From positions 1 to 60,562 of the forward strand of contig DATAHD010000292.1 of NCBI GenBank assembly GCA_036263395.1: 60,562 nt of DNA. Direction: 5' to 3'. The position numbers and the translations under genes were made by a program. The notes beneath the pieces were generated by a model. That model was not told the origin of the DNA and did no database searches. It saw only the letters and a list, made by a program, of their open reading frames with translations. Of this stretch, positions 17,871 to 27,454 are shown in pieces. The DNA comes from Rhizomicrobium sp. (GTDB taxonomy: Bacteria; Pseudomonadota; Alphaproteobacteria; Micropepsales; Micropepsaceae). The stretch's first letter is position 1. The number at the start of each line of letters is the position of its first letter.

Positions 17871-18797
17871 TTATCGGGCGACGCCCATGCGCAGATGCTT
17901 CAAACCCGAATAGACAGTTTCGTTTCGCGGCGTCGCAATGCCGTGCGCGCGGCCGCGCCGAGAGACGTGGCCGTTGAGCCAGTCGACTTCGAGACGATTG
18001 CCGCGCAGCACGTCGTGCGCCATGGATGTGCGCATCTCGCGCGGCGCATTGGCGTCGAGGAAGGCAAGCCGCTCCTCGACGAAGCCGTCTTCCAAGGTTA
18101 CGCCCTCGGCTTGTCCTACACGGAACGTCTCCTGCATGATCTCGCGCAGGAAGCTGCGGGTATCGGGATCCTCGAGAATGCTGCCGAGCGTCGCGCGCGT
18201 CAGTGCCGTCGCGCCCGATGTGCCGGTCAAGACCACAAACTTGCGCCAGCGGTCGCGCTGGATGTCGTTCGAGAACTTGACGATGCAGTTCGCCTGCGCC
18301 GAGCTCGCCGCAAAGCGCTCGAGCACGGCGTCGTTGCCGCCGTCCGGCTGCCCGAACGTGATAGCGTGGAAGCTGCTGGTGTGCCTAATCAATCCGGGCT
18401 CGACGATCACGCTCGACACCGAGGCGACGCCCGGCACGACATGGTGCGATGGCAAAATGTGGGACACGCGCTCGTAGCTGTCGACGCCGTTTTGGAGCGT
18501 GATCAGGCGGGTTTCCGCGCCGAGCAAGGGACGAGCGAACGCGGCGGCGTCCTCGACGTCCCACAGCTTGACCGCAAACAGGACGATATCGACCGGCCCG
18601 ATTGCCGCCGGGTCGTCGGTCACGCTCGGATGCGGCAGATGGGCGTCGCCGTGGACGCTGAGAACGCGTAAACCGTCGCGGCGCATCGCTTCGAGATGAG
18701 CGCCCCGCGCGACGAAATGCACGTCGTGGCCGGCAACCGCCAACCGCGCTCCGAAATAAGCGCCGACGCCGCCTGCCGCCAAGACCGCGATTCGCAT
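17871..18797 (-). CDS. Ketopantoate reductase (PanE/ApbA)-family oxidoreductase
   Basis: MRIAVLAAGGVGAYFG, LFAVK, TLQNGV, WRKF, TSMAHD...G.RLEVD.LNG.V. Confidence 0.9.
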   Translation of the reverse strand: MRIAVLAAGGVGAYFGARLAVAGHDVHFVARGAHLEAMRRDGLRVLSVHGDAHLPHPSVTDDPAAIGPVDIVLFAVKLWDVEDAAAFARPLLGAETRLITLQNGVDSYERVSHILPSHHVVPGVASVSSVIVEPGLIRHTSSFHAITFGQPDGGNDAVLERFAASSAQANCIVKFSNDIQRDRWRKFVVLTGTSGATALTRATLGSILEDPDTRSFLREIMQETFRVGQAEGVTLEDGFVEERLAFLDANAPREMRTSMAHDVLRGNRLEVDWLNGHVSRRGRAHGIATPRNETVYSGLKHLRMGVAR

Positions 18798-18804
18798 TGG
18801 CTGG

Positions 18805-19209
18805 TCAGTTCACCGGATGCTGTCGATAATACGCGGCGTCCTCCGCCGACTGCGCCCATCCGGGATTGTTCCGCCAGGCGACGTGCCGCGACAGCATATC
18901 GTGGCCGTAGCGCACACGGAACAGGAGCGTGCGGGTCGGACCGTTCTCATATTCATGCACTTCTCCCGGCGGGTGTACGATGAACGACCCTGGTGTCACA
19001 GGTACCGTTCGACCCGGGGTGCGCATGGTGCCGCCGCCTGAAAAGCAGAAATATATCTCAGTCGCGTGCGGATGGCAGTGGTTGGGGCTGATCTGTCCCG
19101 GTTCCCAGCAGGCGACGGTGAAATCGCCGTCCGCCTCGGTGCCGAGAATCTTCTCGACGTGATGTTTTGGATTCCACTCCTGTTCGCGTTCGAGACTGAA
19201 GACGTGCAT
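18805..19209 (-). CDS. Cupin-domain protein with 3-His/1-Glu metal motif
   Basis: Start MHVFS with RBS GGAGG; PNHCHPHATEIYF...G.G and PPGEVHEY.N. Confidence 0.85.
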   Translation of the reverse strand: MHVFSLEREQEWNPKHHVEKILGTEADGDFTVACWEPGQISPNHCHPHATEIYFCFSGGGTMRTPGRTVPVTPGSFIVHPPGEVHEYENGPTRTLLFRVRYGHDMLSRHVAWRNNPGWAQSAEDAAYYRQHPVN

Positions 19210-19249
19210 CGCTCGGCCTCCCTTGAAAGCTTGATTTCGGTGGAGTCGC

Positions 19250-21058
19250 TTATCGCCGCTTCTTCTTCGTCGCGCCGTGCGCCTGTTTGGCGCCCTTCGT
19301 GCGCGCCGCCTTGCGCGGCGGAATGATCGGCAGCAATATGAAATTCTCGCGGCCACCGCCGAGATGGATGGTCGTTCTGCCGCCGTAGACCGAGATCGGC
19401 CGGTCGCGCGGGTCGTTGTGCAGGAACGGCCCGTTGCCGGTGAACTCGTTCTTCATGTTCGACAGTTTGCCGCCGGACCCGCCGGGATAGACGTAATCGC
19501 AGCCGCGCACGCTCAAAACCACGCGATAGCCCTTCGGGACCACGATGCATGTCGGGATGATCTCGATATCAAGCTCGTAGATATCGCCGGGCTTCAAGGG
19601 TTGCTTCTCGTCGTGCGTATGGTACGGCCGGAACGGCAGCGTCAATTTTTTGTCGAGCTTGCGGTGCGAGGCGCGCAGCCAGCCCTGTCCGATCGGCGTG
19701 TGCGGGTCGAGCGCGCCCTGAAACACGACTTCCTTCATGTCGGGCGAGAAGATGCGGAGCACGAGGAAGATGTCGGCGTCCTCGGTCGACGACGACACGT
19801 GCAGCTTGGCCGCGACCGGCCCGGTGATCTCGGTCTCCTCCGCCATCGGCTCGGTGAGGAAGGTGATGCCGTCGCTCAAGGCGTCAAACGCGACCTTGCT
19901 CGCGCTCTTCTCGGGTGACGTCTCGAGTCGATGGCCGTCGGCGATCAAATGGAATTTGGTCCACTGCGTCGACGGCAGCGGCCAGGCGTCCTCGTGGCGG
20001 ATGACGAAGCGCTCGCCCGGATGACGCACGTTGAGTTGCACCTTCGGCTGTTTGTCCCAGCCGTTCCTCTCGCCCTTGAGAAAATAGCCGAAGAAGCGCT
20101 TTTGCAGGTCGACGCCGTAGTCCGTGTAATAATGTGTCCAGTGCTCGATGCCGTGCACCTCGAGCCACTTCTGCTTCGAGGCAGCGCGGAAGAAGCCTTC
20201 GTAATTGCCGCGCGGATGCAAAGGCTGGCCGCCCCAGTTCGCCGCCGACAACATCGGTACCTTCACCTTCGACCAGTCCGGCGCCATCGCCTTGTAATAG
20301 TCGTCGTCGAACGGATGGCCGAACAGTACCTTGCCCATGTCGTAGCGGTTGGCACCCATCTCCTCTTCGGTGAGCGTTTCCGGCCCCGACACCCAATCGC
20401 CGTTCATGCGGCTGCGATGGCCCTTGTGGCCCAGACCGTACTGCACGGTCTTCACCTGCATGTCGTACCAGTTCTGGGCGAAGGTGTTGTAGATGCCGCC
20501 GTTGTGGCTGAGCTCGCGATAGAAGTCGGCGAAGCCCTCCCACACGCAGATGGCGGCGAGATGCTTCGGCTGCAGGCTCGCCACCTGCCACTGGTTGATG
20601 GCGTAGTAGGAGATGCCGGAAAGGCCGACCTTGCCGTTCGACCACGGCTGCACGCCGCACCATTCGACGCAGTTGGCGAAGTCCCTGGTCTCGCGCGGCG
20701 ACCAGTGCTCGACATATCCCGGCGAGCGGCCGCAACCGCGGGAGTCCACACGCACGACGACATAGCCGTCCGGCACCCACTTCTCCGGATCGCAGACTTC
20801 CCAGCTCTGATATTTGTTGCTCGAGCCGGCCATCACATCCGGCTGCTTCTCCTCCATGCGCTTCCAGGCGGTCTTGTAGCCGTCCTCGAAGTGCAACCAC
20901 TTGCCGTAAGGGCCGTGGCTGAGGATCACCGGATAGCGGCCCTTCTTGAGCGGGCGGAAGATGTCGCAGCGCAGGACGAGCCCGTCGTCCATCTCGATCG
21001 GCATGTCCCATTCGATGCGCATGCCGTCGCGGATCTCGCTGACCTCACGATAACTCAT
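19250..21058 (-). CDS. CocE/NonD-family hydrolase, paralogue 2
   Basis: Start MSYREVSEIRDG with RBS GGAG; GLSGISYYAINQW; same architecture as its paralogues; basic C-terminal tail. Confidence 0.9.
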   Translation of the reverse strand: MSYREVSEIRDGMRIEWDMPIEMDDGLVLRCDIFRPLKKGRYPVILSHGPYGKWLHFEDGYKTAWKRMEEKQPDVMAGSSNKYQSWEVCDPEKWVPDGYVVVRVDSRGCGRSPGYVEHWSPRETRDFANCVEWCGVQPWSNGKVGLSGISYYAINQWQVASLQPKHLAAICVWEGFADFYRELSHNGGIYNTFAQNWYDMQVKTVQYGLGHKGHRSRMNGDWVSGPETLTEEEMGANRYDMGKVLFGHPFDDDYYKAMAPDWSKVKVPMLSAANWGGQPLHPRGNYEGFFRAASKQKWLEVHGIEHWTHYYTDYGVDLQKRFFGYFLKGERNGWDKQPKVQLNVRHPGERFVIRHEDAWPLPSTQWTKFHLIADGHRLETSPEKSASKVAFDALSDGITFLTEPMAEETEITGPVAAKLHVSSSTEDADIFLVLRIFSPDMKEVVFQGALDPHTPIGQGWLRASHRKLDKKLTLPFRPYHTHDEKQPLKPGDIYELDIEIIPTCIVVPKGYRVVLSVRGCDYVYPGGSGGKLSNMKNEFTGNGPFLHNDPRDRPISVYGGRTTIHLGGGRENFILLPIIPPRKAARTKGAKQAHGATKKKRR

Positions 21059-21087
21059 GTGTCGTGCTCCAATGACTGTGCGCGCGG

Positions 21088-22842
21088 CTATTTCGAGGGG
21101 ATGACGGGCAGCAGCAGATAGGCCTGCCGATTGGGTCCGGTGTGCAGCGTCACGTCGCCGCCGAAGACCGCCGGCGGCCGGTCGCGCGGATCGTCGTGCA
21201 GGAACGGACCGCAGCCGGTCCACACCTTGCCGAGCGTCTCGACGCCGGCGCCCGGCTCGCCGGGGAAAACATAGTCCTTGCCGCGCACCGACAGCGCGAT
21301 GCGATGCCCTTTCGGCACGGCGATGCAGGTCGGCCAGACCTCGACGTCGACCTCGTAAACCTCGCCGGGCTTGAGCTTCTGTTCTTCGTCGTGAGTGTGA
21401 TAGGGCCGGTACGGCAGCGTCAGTTTCTTGTCGAGCTTGCGGTGCGAGCAGCGTAGCCAGCCCTGCGCGATCGGCGTGTGCGCGTCGAGCGCGCCCTGGA
21501 AGGTGACCTCCTTGAGGTCGGGCGTGAACACGCGCACGACCAGGAACAGGTCGGCGTCTTCGGTCGCCGACGACACCCACAATTTGGCGGCGATTGGGCC
21601 GGTGATCTCGGTGTCCGCTTCCAGCGGCCCGGTGAGGAACGTGACGCCGTCGCTTAAGCCCGCATAGGTGACCGCGCCGGCCTTCCTCTGCGGCGACTGC
21701 GATATCGTCATGCCGCCGGGCTCGATATAGAGCTTGGTCCACTGCGTGCGCGCCAGCGGCCATTCGCTTTCGTGCCGCTCGACGAATTTCTCGCCGGGAT
21801 GACGCACCTGCAGTTGCACCTTCGGCTGCTTGCTCCAACCGGCGTCCTCGCCCTTGAGAAAGTGGCCGAAGAAGCGTTTCTGCAGGTCGAGGCCGTAGTT
21901 CGTGTAGAAATGCGTCCAGTGCTCGATGCCGTGCACCTCGAGCCATTTGTTGTCGGACGCCGCGCGCACAAAGCCCTCGAAGTTGCCGCGCGGGTGCAGC
22001 CCTTGGCCGCCCCAATTGGCCGACGACAAGAGCGGTACCTTCACCTTGTTCCAGTCCGGCATGCGCGACTGCCAGTATTCGTCGGTGTCCAGCTTGCGCG
22101 AAATGCAGTCCTCGTAGAAGTCGCGCCGGTTCCTGCCCAGCTCTTCCTCTGTGAGCGTCTCAGGCCCCGACACCCAATCGCCGTTCATGCGGCTCTTGAA
22201 GCCGCGCCTGCCGCGGCCGTTCTGTACGGTGTAGACCTGCGCGCGCGACCAATCCTGCACGAAGCCGCGGCAGAAGATGCCACCGTGATGTGCCATATCG
22301 CGGTAGAAGTCGGCTGCGCCCTCCCAGGTGCAGATCGCAGCGAGGTGCTTGGGTTGTAGCGCTGCCGCCTGCCACTGATTCTCGGCGTAGTAGGAGATGC
22401 CGTTGAGGCCGACTTTGCCGTTGGACCACGGCTGCACGCCGGCCCAGTCGACGCATTGTGCCAAATCCTGCGCCTCACGCAGCGACCAGATGTCGATGAC
22501 GCCGGGCGAGCGGCCGGCGCCGCGCGAGTCGACGCGGATGCAGACGTAGCCGTCTGGCACCCATTTCTCCGGGTCGACTACCTCCCAGCACTGGTATTTG
22601 TTGGTTGAGTCGGTCGGCACGTCCGGCTGGTCGGCGCACATGCGGCGCCACTGGTCGGTATAGAGGTCCTCGAAGTGCAGCCACTTGCCGTAGGGGCCGT
22701 AGGTCATGATGACCGGGTATTTTCCCTCGACCACCGGCCGGTAGACATCGCAACGCAGAACGATGCCGTCCTCCATCGGGATCGGCATGTCCCAGTCGAT
22801 GCGCATCCCGTCACGAACTTCACTCTTCTCGCGATAATCCAT
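21088..22842 (-). CDS. CocE/NonD-family hydrolase, paralogue 3
   Basis: GLNGISYYAENQW; strongly similar to paralogue 2 along its whole length. Confidence 0.9.
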   Translation of the reverse strand: MDYREKSEVRDGMRIDWDMPIPMEDGIVLRCDVYRPVVEGKYPVIMTYGPYGKWLHFEDLYTDQWRRMCADQPDVPTDSTNKYQCWEVVDPEKWVPDGYVCIRVDSRGAGRSPGVIDIWSLREAQDLAQCVDWAGVQPWSNGKVGLNGISYYAENQWQAAALQPKHLAAICTWEGAADFYRDMAHHGGIFCRGFVQDWSRAQVYTVQNGRGRRGFKSRMNGDWVSGPETLTEEELGRNRRDFYEDCISRKLDTDEYWQSRMPDWNKVKVPLLSSANWGGQGLHPRGNFEGFVRAASDNKWLEVHGIEHWTHFYTNYGLDLQKRFFGHFLKGEDAGWSKQPKVQLQVRHPGEKFVERHESEWPLARTQWTKLYIEPGGMTISQSPQRKAGAVTYAGLSDGVTFLTGPLEADTEITGPIAAKLWVSSATEDADLFLVVRVFTPDLKEVTFQGALDAHTPIAQGWLRCSHRKLDKKLTLPYRPYHTHDEEQKLKPGEVYEVDVEVWPTCIAVPKGHRIALSVRGKDYVFPGEPGAGVETLGKVWTGCGPFLHDDPRDRPPAVFGGDVTLHTGPNRQAYLLLPVIPSK

Positions 22843-22884
22843 CGCTCGCCCCTACCAGTGCTGACTGTCATTGCGGGATGATGA

Positions 22885-23982
22885 TCAGGCGTGATGCCGC
22901 GCAAGCCGGCGGCCGTCGGCGCCGAACAGATGCAGCCGCTCCGGATCGAACGACAGCGACAGCGGCGCGCCGACCTGCACATCCGCCATCGCCAGGCCCT
23001 CGCTGATGGCGACGAAGGCGCGTTCGCTGCCGGCGTCGAAATAGAGCAGCGTGTCGCGGCCGAGCGGCTCGACCAGCCGCACCGGCAATGACGCCGCCTG
23101 GGGTCCTCCATTGTTGCTACCGACACCGACATGCTCGGGGCGGATACCGAGCGTGATGGGGCCGGGCTTGGCATTCTGGAGGCGACCTGGCAGCGCGACG
23201 TCGAAACTCGCGGAGCGGAAGTGCGCGCCGGCGCCATTTTGCACGATCTCTCCGGCCACCAGGTTCATCGACGGTGAACCGAAGAAGTCCGCGACGAAGT
23301 AGCTCACCGGATTGGCGTAGATGTCCATCGGGGAGCCGACCTGCTCGACCTCGCCTGCGCGCATTACCACGATGCGGTCGGCAAGCGTCATCGCCTCTTC
23401 CTGGTCGTGCGTGACGTAGATGAAGGTACGGTTAAGCACCTGATGCAGGCGATCACATTCGGCGCGCAGTTCGCGACGCAATTTGGCGTCGAGGCTCGAC
23501 AGCGGCTCATCGAGCAGGAAGGTCGACGGATTGGTAACGAGCGTGCGCGCCAGCGCAATGCGTTGCGATTCGCCGCCCGAGCACTGTCCCGGCATCTTAC
23601 CGAGAAGGTGCGTGATGCGCACCATCTCCGCCACCTCTTGAACGCGCTTGACGCGCTCGGACTGGGGCACTTTCTTCATGCGTAAACCGAACTCGATGTT
23701 CTGCGCGACGTTCTTGTGCGGAAACAGCGCGTGGCTCTGGAACACCATGCCGAGCCCGCGGTCGCGCGGCTCCAGGTCATTGACCACCTGTCCACCGATG
23801 CGGATTTCGCCCGAGGTCGGATCCTCGAAGCCGGCGATCATGCGCAGCGTCGTGGTCTTGCCGCAGCCGGAGGGACCGACGAAGACGACGAACTCGCCGT
23901 CCTCGATACTCATGTTGAGGTTTCTCACGGCGGCGACCGCGCCGAACGATTTATGCAGATTGACGAGTTCGATACGCGCCAC
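22885..23982 (-). CDS. ABC transporter ATP-binding protein (MalK/UgpC-like)
   Basis: Walker A GPSGCGKTT, signature variant CSGGESQR, LLDEPLS.LDAKLR, YVTHDQEEAM, C-terminal TOBE. Confidence 0.95.
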   Translation of the reverse strand: MARIELVNLHKSFGAVAAVRNLNMSIEDGEFVVFVGPSGCGKTTTLRMIAGFEDPTSGEIRIGGQVVNDLEPRDRGLGMVFQSHALFPHKNVAQNIEFGLRMKKVPQSERVKRVQEVAEMVRITHLLGKMPGQCSGGESQRIALARTLVTNPSTFLLDEPLSSLDAKLRRELRAECDRLHQVLNRTFIYVTHDQEEAMTLADRIVVMRAGEVEQVGSPMDIYANPVSYFVADFFGSPSMNLVAGEIVQNGAGAHFRSASFDVALPGRLQNAKPGPITLGIRPEHVGVGSNNGGPQAASLPVRLVEPLGRDTLLYFDAGSERAFVAISEGLAMADVQVGAPLSLSFDPERLHLFGADGRRLARHHA

Positions 23983-23985
23983 CGT

Positions 23986-24867
23986 CTATCTCCGTACCAT
24001 TCCAAAACTGAAGCCACGCGCGAGATGCTTACGGATGATTAGGCCGACGATCATCAGGGGGATCGTGATGCCGACCGCGAGCGCCGCCTGGCGCCCGTAG
24101 ACGCGGCCTTCGGTCGAGCCCTGATATTTCGAGAGCTCGATCGGCAGCGTCGACACTTGCGTCTTGGTGAGGATCAGCGCCAGCAGGTATTCGCTCCAGG
24201 TCAGGATCAGGATGAACAGGAAGGTCGCGACCAGGCCGGAGCGGATCAGCGGCAGCACCACCTCGAAAATCGTGCGCCAGCGCGAGGCGCCGAGGATTTC
24301 GGCGGCCTGCTCCACCTCGAGCGGCACCTCGTCGATGAAGCTCTTGGTCATCCAGACGGCGTAAGGCAGCGTCGTCAGGAAGTAGACCATGATCAGGCCG
24401 ATGCGCGTGTCGAGCAGCCCGAGCGCGGAGTAATAAAGCGATAGCGGCGCGACCACGACGATCGGCGGGATCATGCGCAGCATCAAGAGTTGGAACATGC
24501 GCGCTTCCGACAGGATGCGATAGCGCGAGACGCCGTAGGCGAGGATCGAGCCGAACAGCACCGACAAGAATGTCGAGGTGCTGGCGATCACCGTCGAGTT
24601 CCACAGCGACACGAACGGCTTCTGCGAGGAAATTGCGTATTGCGTCTGCGCGTACTGCTCCGCGCCGAACCAGACGTTCATGTAGTTGGCGAGCGTCGGC
24701 GGATGCGGGAAGTAGACCGGCGGCCAGGAGAACCACTGCGTGTCCGGTTTGAACGAGGTCGCGACCATCCAGTAGATGGGGAAGGCCGCCATCAGCGCCC
24801 AGCCGGTCAGGATGACGTAGCGTACGGTGGACGAGAGCCGGCGACGCTGGGTCTTGGTCATCGCCAT
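23986..24867 (-). CDS. Carbohydrate (CUT1) ABC transporter permease, MalG-like
   Basis: PIYWMV.TSFK, EAA-loop VEQAAEILGASRW, LPLIRSGL. Confidence 0.93.
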   Translation of the reverse strand: MAMTKTQRRRLSSTVRYVILTGWALMAAFPIYWMVATSFKPDTQWFSWPPVYFPHPPTLANYMNVWFGAEQYAQTQYAISSQKPFVSLWNSTVIASTSTFLSVLFGSILAYGVSRYRILSEARMFQLLMLRMIPPIVVVAPLSLYYSALGLLDTRIGLIMVYFLTTLPYAVWMTKSFIDEVPLEVEQAAEILGASRWRTIFEVVLPLIRSGLVATFLFILILTWSEYLLALILTKTQVSTLPIELSKYQGSTEGRVYGRQAALAVGITIPLMIVGLIIRKHLARGFSFGMVRR

Positions 24868-24868
24868 G

Positions 24869-25855
24869 TCACGCCTCCGTTTCCTTGGCGCCCTGCTCGT
24901 ACATCGCGTCGAGCGAGCGCTTTTCGCGGCGCAGAAGCTGGATCGCCACCAATACGATGACGATCATCAGCAGCATCACGATGTAGGACATCGCGGCGCC
25001 CTTCGAAATTTCGAAGTACTGCCAGGTGGTCATGAAGATGTAGACCGGCAGCGTCTCGGTAGCGCTGCCCGGGCCGCCCTGGAACAGGGCCCAGGTCTTG
25101 GGGAATTCGGCCATCGCTTCGAGAAAGCGCAGCACCAGCGCCAACAGGATCACAGGCCGCAGCAGCGGTACCTGGACTTCCCAGAAGATACGCCACTTCG
25201 AGGCGCCGAGAATCTCCGCCGCCTCGATGGGCTCCTTCGGGATCGCGGAGAGGCCGGCGAGCATGATGATGAAGGAGAACGGAGTCCAATTCCAGACTTC
25301 GAGGCAGGCGACCGTGAACAGCGCGATGTGCGGGTTGGTCAGCCATGACGGCTTGAAGTCGACGCCAAGGAGGATGGAGATGACGTCGTTGATCGGGCCG
25401 TTTTGGTAAAGCAGCATTTCCGCCGTGTAGGCGACGACCACCGGGACTGTCAGCATCGGCAGGATGAAGATGACATAATAGATGGCCTGGCCGTGGAAGG
25501 GCTTGTACATCAGGTAGGCGAGCAGGAAGCCGAACACGAAGCAGCCGATCGTCGAGCCGGTGGCGAATGCGAGCGAGCGCACCACCGCCCAGCCGAAGCG
25601 CGGATCGGTCAGCACGTCGCGGAACAGGTCGAGGCCGACGTAATCGGCGTCCCACCAGGAGCTGAGGTAGACCGTCCACTGATGCACGGAGAAATAAAGC
25701 TGCAGCAGCAGCACCGGCGTCAGCAGGAACAGAAACAGGCCGATCAGCGGCAGCAGCAGCGTCAGCTTGAAGCGCCGCACCGCGCGCCGCCGCGACACCG
25801 TGCGCGTCGACGTTGCGAGCGGAGCATCTCGAGCCGGGAGCGCGCTGACTGCCAT
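24869..25855 (-). CDS. Carbohydrate (CUT1) ABC transporter permease, MalF-like
   Basis: W.WTPF..II.LAGL.AIP.E..EAA.ILGAS.W, GGPGSATETL; start at MAVSAL, downstream of the intergenic hairpin. Confidence 0.92.
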   Translation of the reverse strand: MAVSALPARDAPLATSTRTVSRRRAVRRFKLTLLLPLIGLFLFLLTPVLLLQLYFSVHQWTVYLSSWWDADYVGLDLFRDVLTDPRFGWAVVRSLAFATGSTIGCFVFGFLLAYLMYKPFHGQAIYYVIFILPMLTVPVVVAYTAEMLLYQNGPINDVISILLGVDFKPSWLTNPHIALFTVACLEVWNWTPFSFIIMLAGLSAIPKEPIEAAEILGASKWRIFWEVQVPLLRPVILLALVLRFLEAMAEFPKTWALFQGGPGSATETLPVYIFMTTWQYFEISKGAAMSYIVMLLMIVIVLVAIQLLRREKRSLDAMYEQGAKETEA

Positions 25856-25881
25856 GCCTTGCCTCGACCGCCGGAGAAGAA

Positions 25882-25906
25882 GCGGACGGGCCACACGCCC
25901 GTCCGC
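25882..25906 (-). other. Stem-loop between substrate-binding protein and permease genes
   Basis: GCGGACGGGC-cacac-GCCCGTCCGC perfect 10-bp stem followed by TTCTTCT on the minus strand; typical position for elements that raise SBP mRNA levels. Confidence 0.6.
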
Positions 25907-25928
25907 AGTCGTGTCGAACGCTGCGCGT

Positions 25929-27371
25929 TCAGGCCGGGGTGTCGCGCTTCGGCATAACCGCCTTGTAGCTCGCCAGGTCCTTCTTCAGCTTGCTCTGGCC
26001 GATGCGCTTGATGATGCCGGCCCATTCCTGCTCGGTCTTCTTCAGCACGTCCTTGGCAGGCAGTTGCCCGACATAGGCCTCCGACAGGTTCTTGCCGAGC
26101 GCGTCCTGGAACTCGAGATAGCCGGTGAGGTAGATCGGCGGTGCGACGACCTTGAAGTTCGTCTCGATCGCCTTCACGCCCTCCGGGCTGTAGGCCTTTT
26201 TCACCAGCGGCGACGACATGTGCTCGGTCGACCATGCGTCGTTGAAGGTGTTGACCGGGTCGGTGACGATCGGGATCGAGTTCTTACCCGAGCCGAGCCA
26301 CAGAGCGAGATAGGCGGCCTGCGCCTTGCGTGGGCTGTACTTATTGATGAGGATCGCGGCGAGCGGCGACGAGATCGAGCGGTACATGCGCTTGCCGCTG
26401 AAGTCGGAGCCGGGCACGAGGCCGTAGAGCCATTTTCCCGTGGTCTTCGATTTCTCTGGGTTCTCGTTGAGCTTGGCGGTGCCGTCCCAGTACTGGCAGC
26501 TCACCACGTGGCCTTGCGCGATACGCGGGATCATTTGCGGCGTGCCCCAGTTCGCGGCCTCCGGATGGTTGACCTTCTTGTCCTGCAGATAAATGTCGAC
26601 GGCATACTGGCCGGCTGGCGTGTCGAGCGTCGGCTTCATGTCGTCATCGAACGGGAAGCCGCCCGCACTGTAGAAGATCATGTACCACCAGGTGACACCG
26701 TTGGCACGGTTGCGAAGATTGCCCGAGCCGTAAAGGTCCTTCGACGGATCCATGAGAAATTCCTGCAGCCGCAGGTTCTCCTCCCAGGTCTCCGGGAATT
26801 TCAGTTCCTTGCCGAACTTGTCTGCGAATCGCTTCTTATTATCGGGATTCTCGACCAGATCCTTGCGGAGATATTGGATATGGACGTTGCCGTCGGTCGG
26901 CACGCCGTAGGTGTGGCCGCCATAGGTCATGAAGCTGCCGTAGTCGCCGACCGCCTCGAACTTGAAGTTCGCCTTCTTAATGTATTCATCCAGCGGTTCG
27001 AGGTACCCAGCCGAGACCAGCGACGGGATCATGTTGGAATCGATGTGAATGAAATCGAACTGCGGCGAACGCGACAGCGCTTCCGCCATTGCGCGCTGCG
27101 GAGCGTCGAAGATGGAGATGTCCTGCACCGCGCCGATGCCGATGCCCGTCTGCTTCTGAAATTCCGCGATCACCGGCTGCATCGGCACGAGATAGGGCGA
27201 CCAGATCATGCCGTTGACGCCGGCCGGCCCGGCCGCCTTGGCTGCGGCGATCGTGCTCTCTTCCATCGTCGCCGCTTGCGCAAAGGGCGTTGTGCCGGGA
27301 ACGAAATTCGCCATCGTCAGGCCGAGACCGCCCTGGACGAAGCCGCGCCGCGAGATATCGAACTTACCCAT
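25929..27371 (-). CDS. ABC transporter substrate-binding protein (family 1), Tat-exported
   Basis: Start MGKFDISRRGFVQ (twin-Arg motif) with RBS GGGAGGA; LEPLD, YG.P.D, YLRKDL, PETWEE. Confidence 0.92.
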   Translation of the reverse strand: MGKFDISRRGFVQGGLGLTMANFVPGTTPFAQAATMEESTIAAAKAAGPAGVNGMIWSPYLVPMQPVIAEFQKQTGIGIGAVQDISIFDAPQRAMAEALSRSPQFDFIHIDSNMIPSLVSAGYLEPLDEYIKKANFKFEAVGDYGSFMTYGGHTYGVPTDGNVHIQYLRKDLVENPDNKKRFADKFGKELKFPETWEENLRLQEFLMDPSKDLYGSGNLRNRANGVTWWYMIFYSAGGFPFDDDMKPTLDTPAGQYAVDIYLQDKKVNHPEAANWGTPQMIPRIAQGHVVSCQYWDGTAKLNENPEKSKTTGKWLYGLVPGSDFSGKRMYRSISSPLAAILINKYSPRKAQAAYLALWLGSGKNSIPIVTDPVNTFNDAWSTEHMSSPLVKKAYSPEGVKAIETNFKVVAPPIYLTGYLEFQDALGKNLSEAYVGQLPAKDVLKKTEQEWAGIIKRIGQSKLKKDLASYKAVMPKRDTPA

Positions 27372-27416
27372 GACGTCCTCCCTGTTGGCCTTTGCGGCCT
27401 TGCTGACGTGTGCGAG

Positions 27417-27454
27417 CGCAAACAAAAGCGGCCTGCCTCTGTGAGAGCAGGCCG
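27417..27454 (-). terminator. Terminator-like hairpin in the 5' leader of the ABC operon
   Basis: Minus strand CGGCCTGC-tctcacagag-GCAGGCCG followed by CTTTTGTTTG; stem ends about 58 nt before the SBP start. Confidence 0.45.

Noticed and set aside
19250-22015. 921-aa ORF suggesting a CocE fusion or programmed frameshift
   Set aside because: The N-terminal third is an Arg/Ala-rich alternate frame of paralogue 3; paralogue 2 has its own SD and ATG at 21058 that aligns with the paralogue starts; no slippery site seen.
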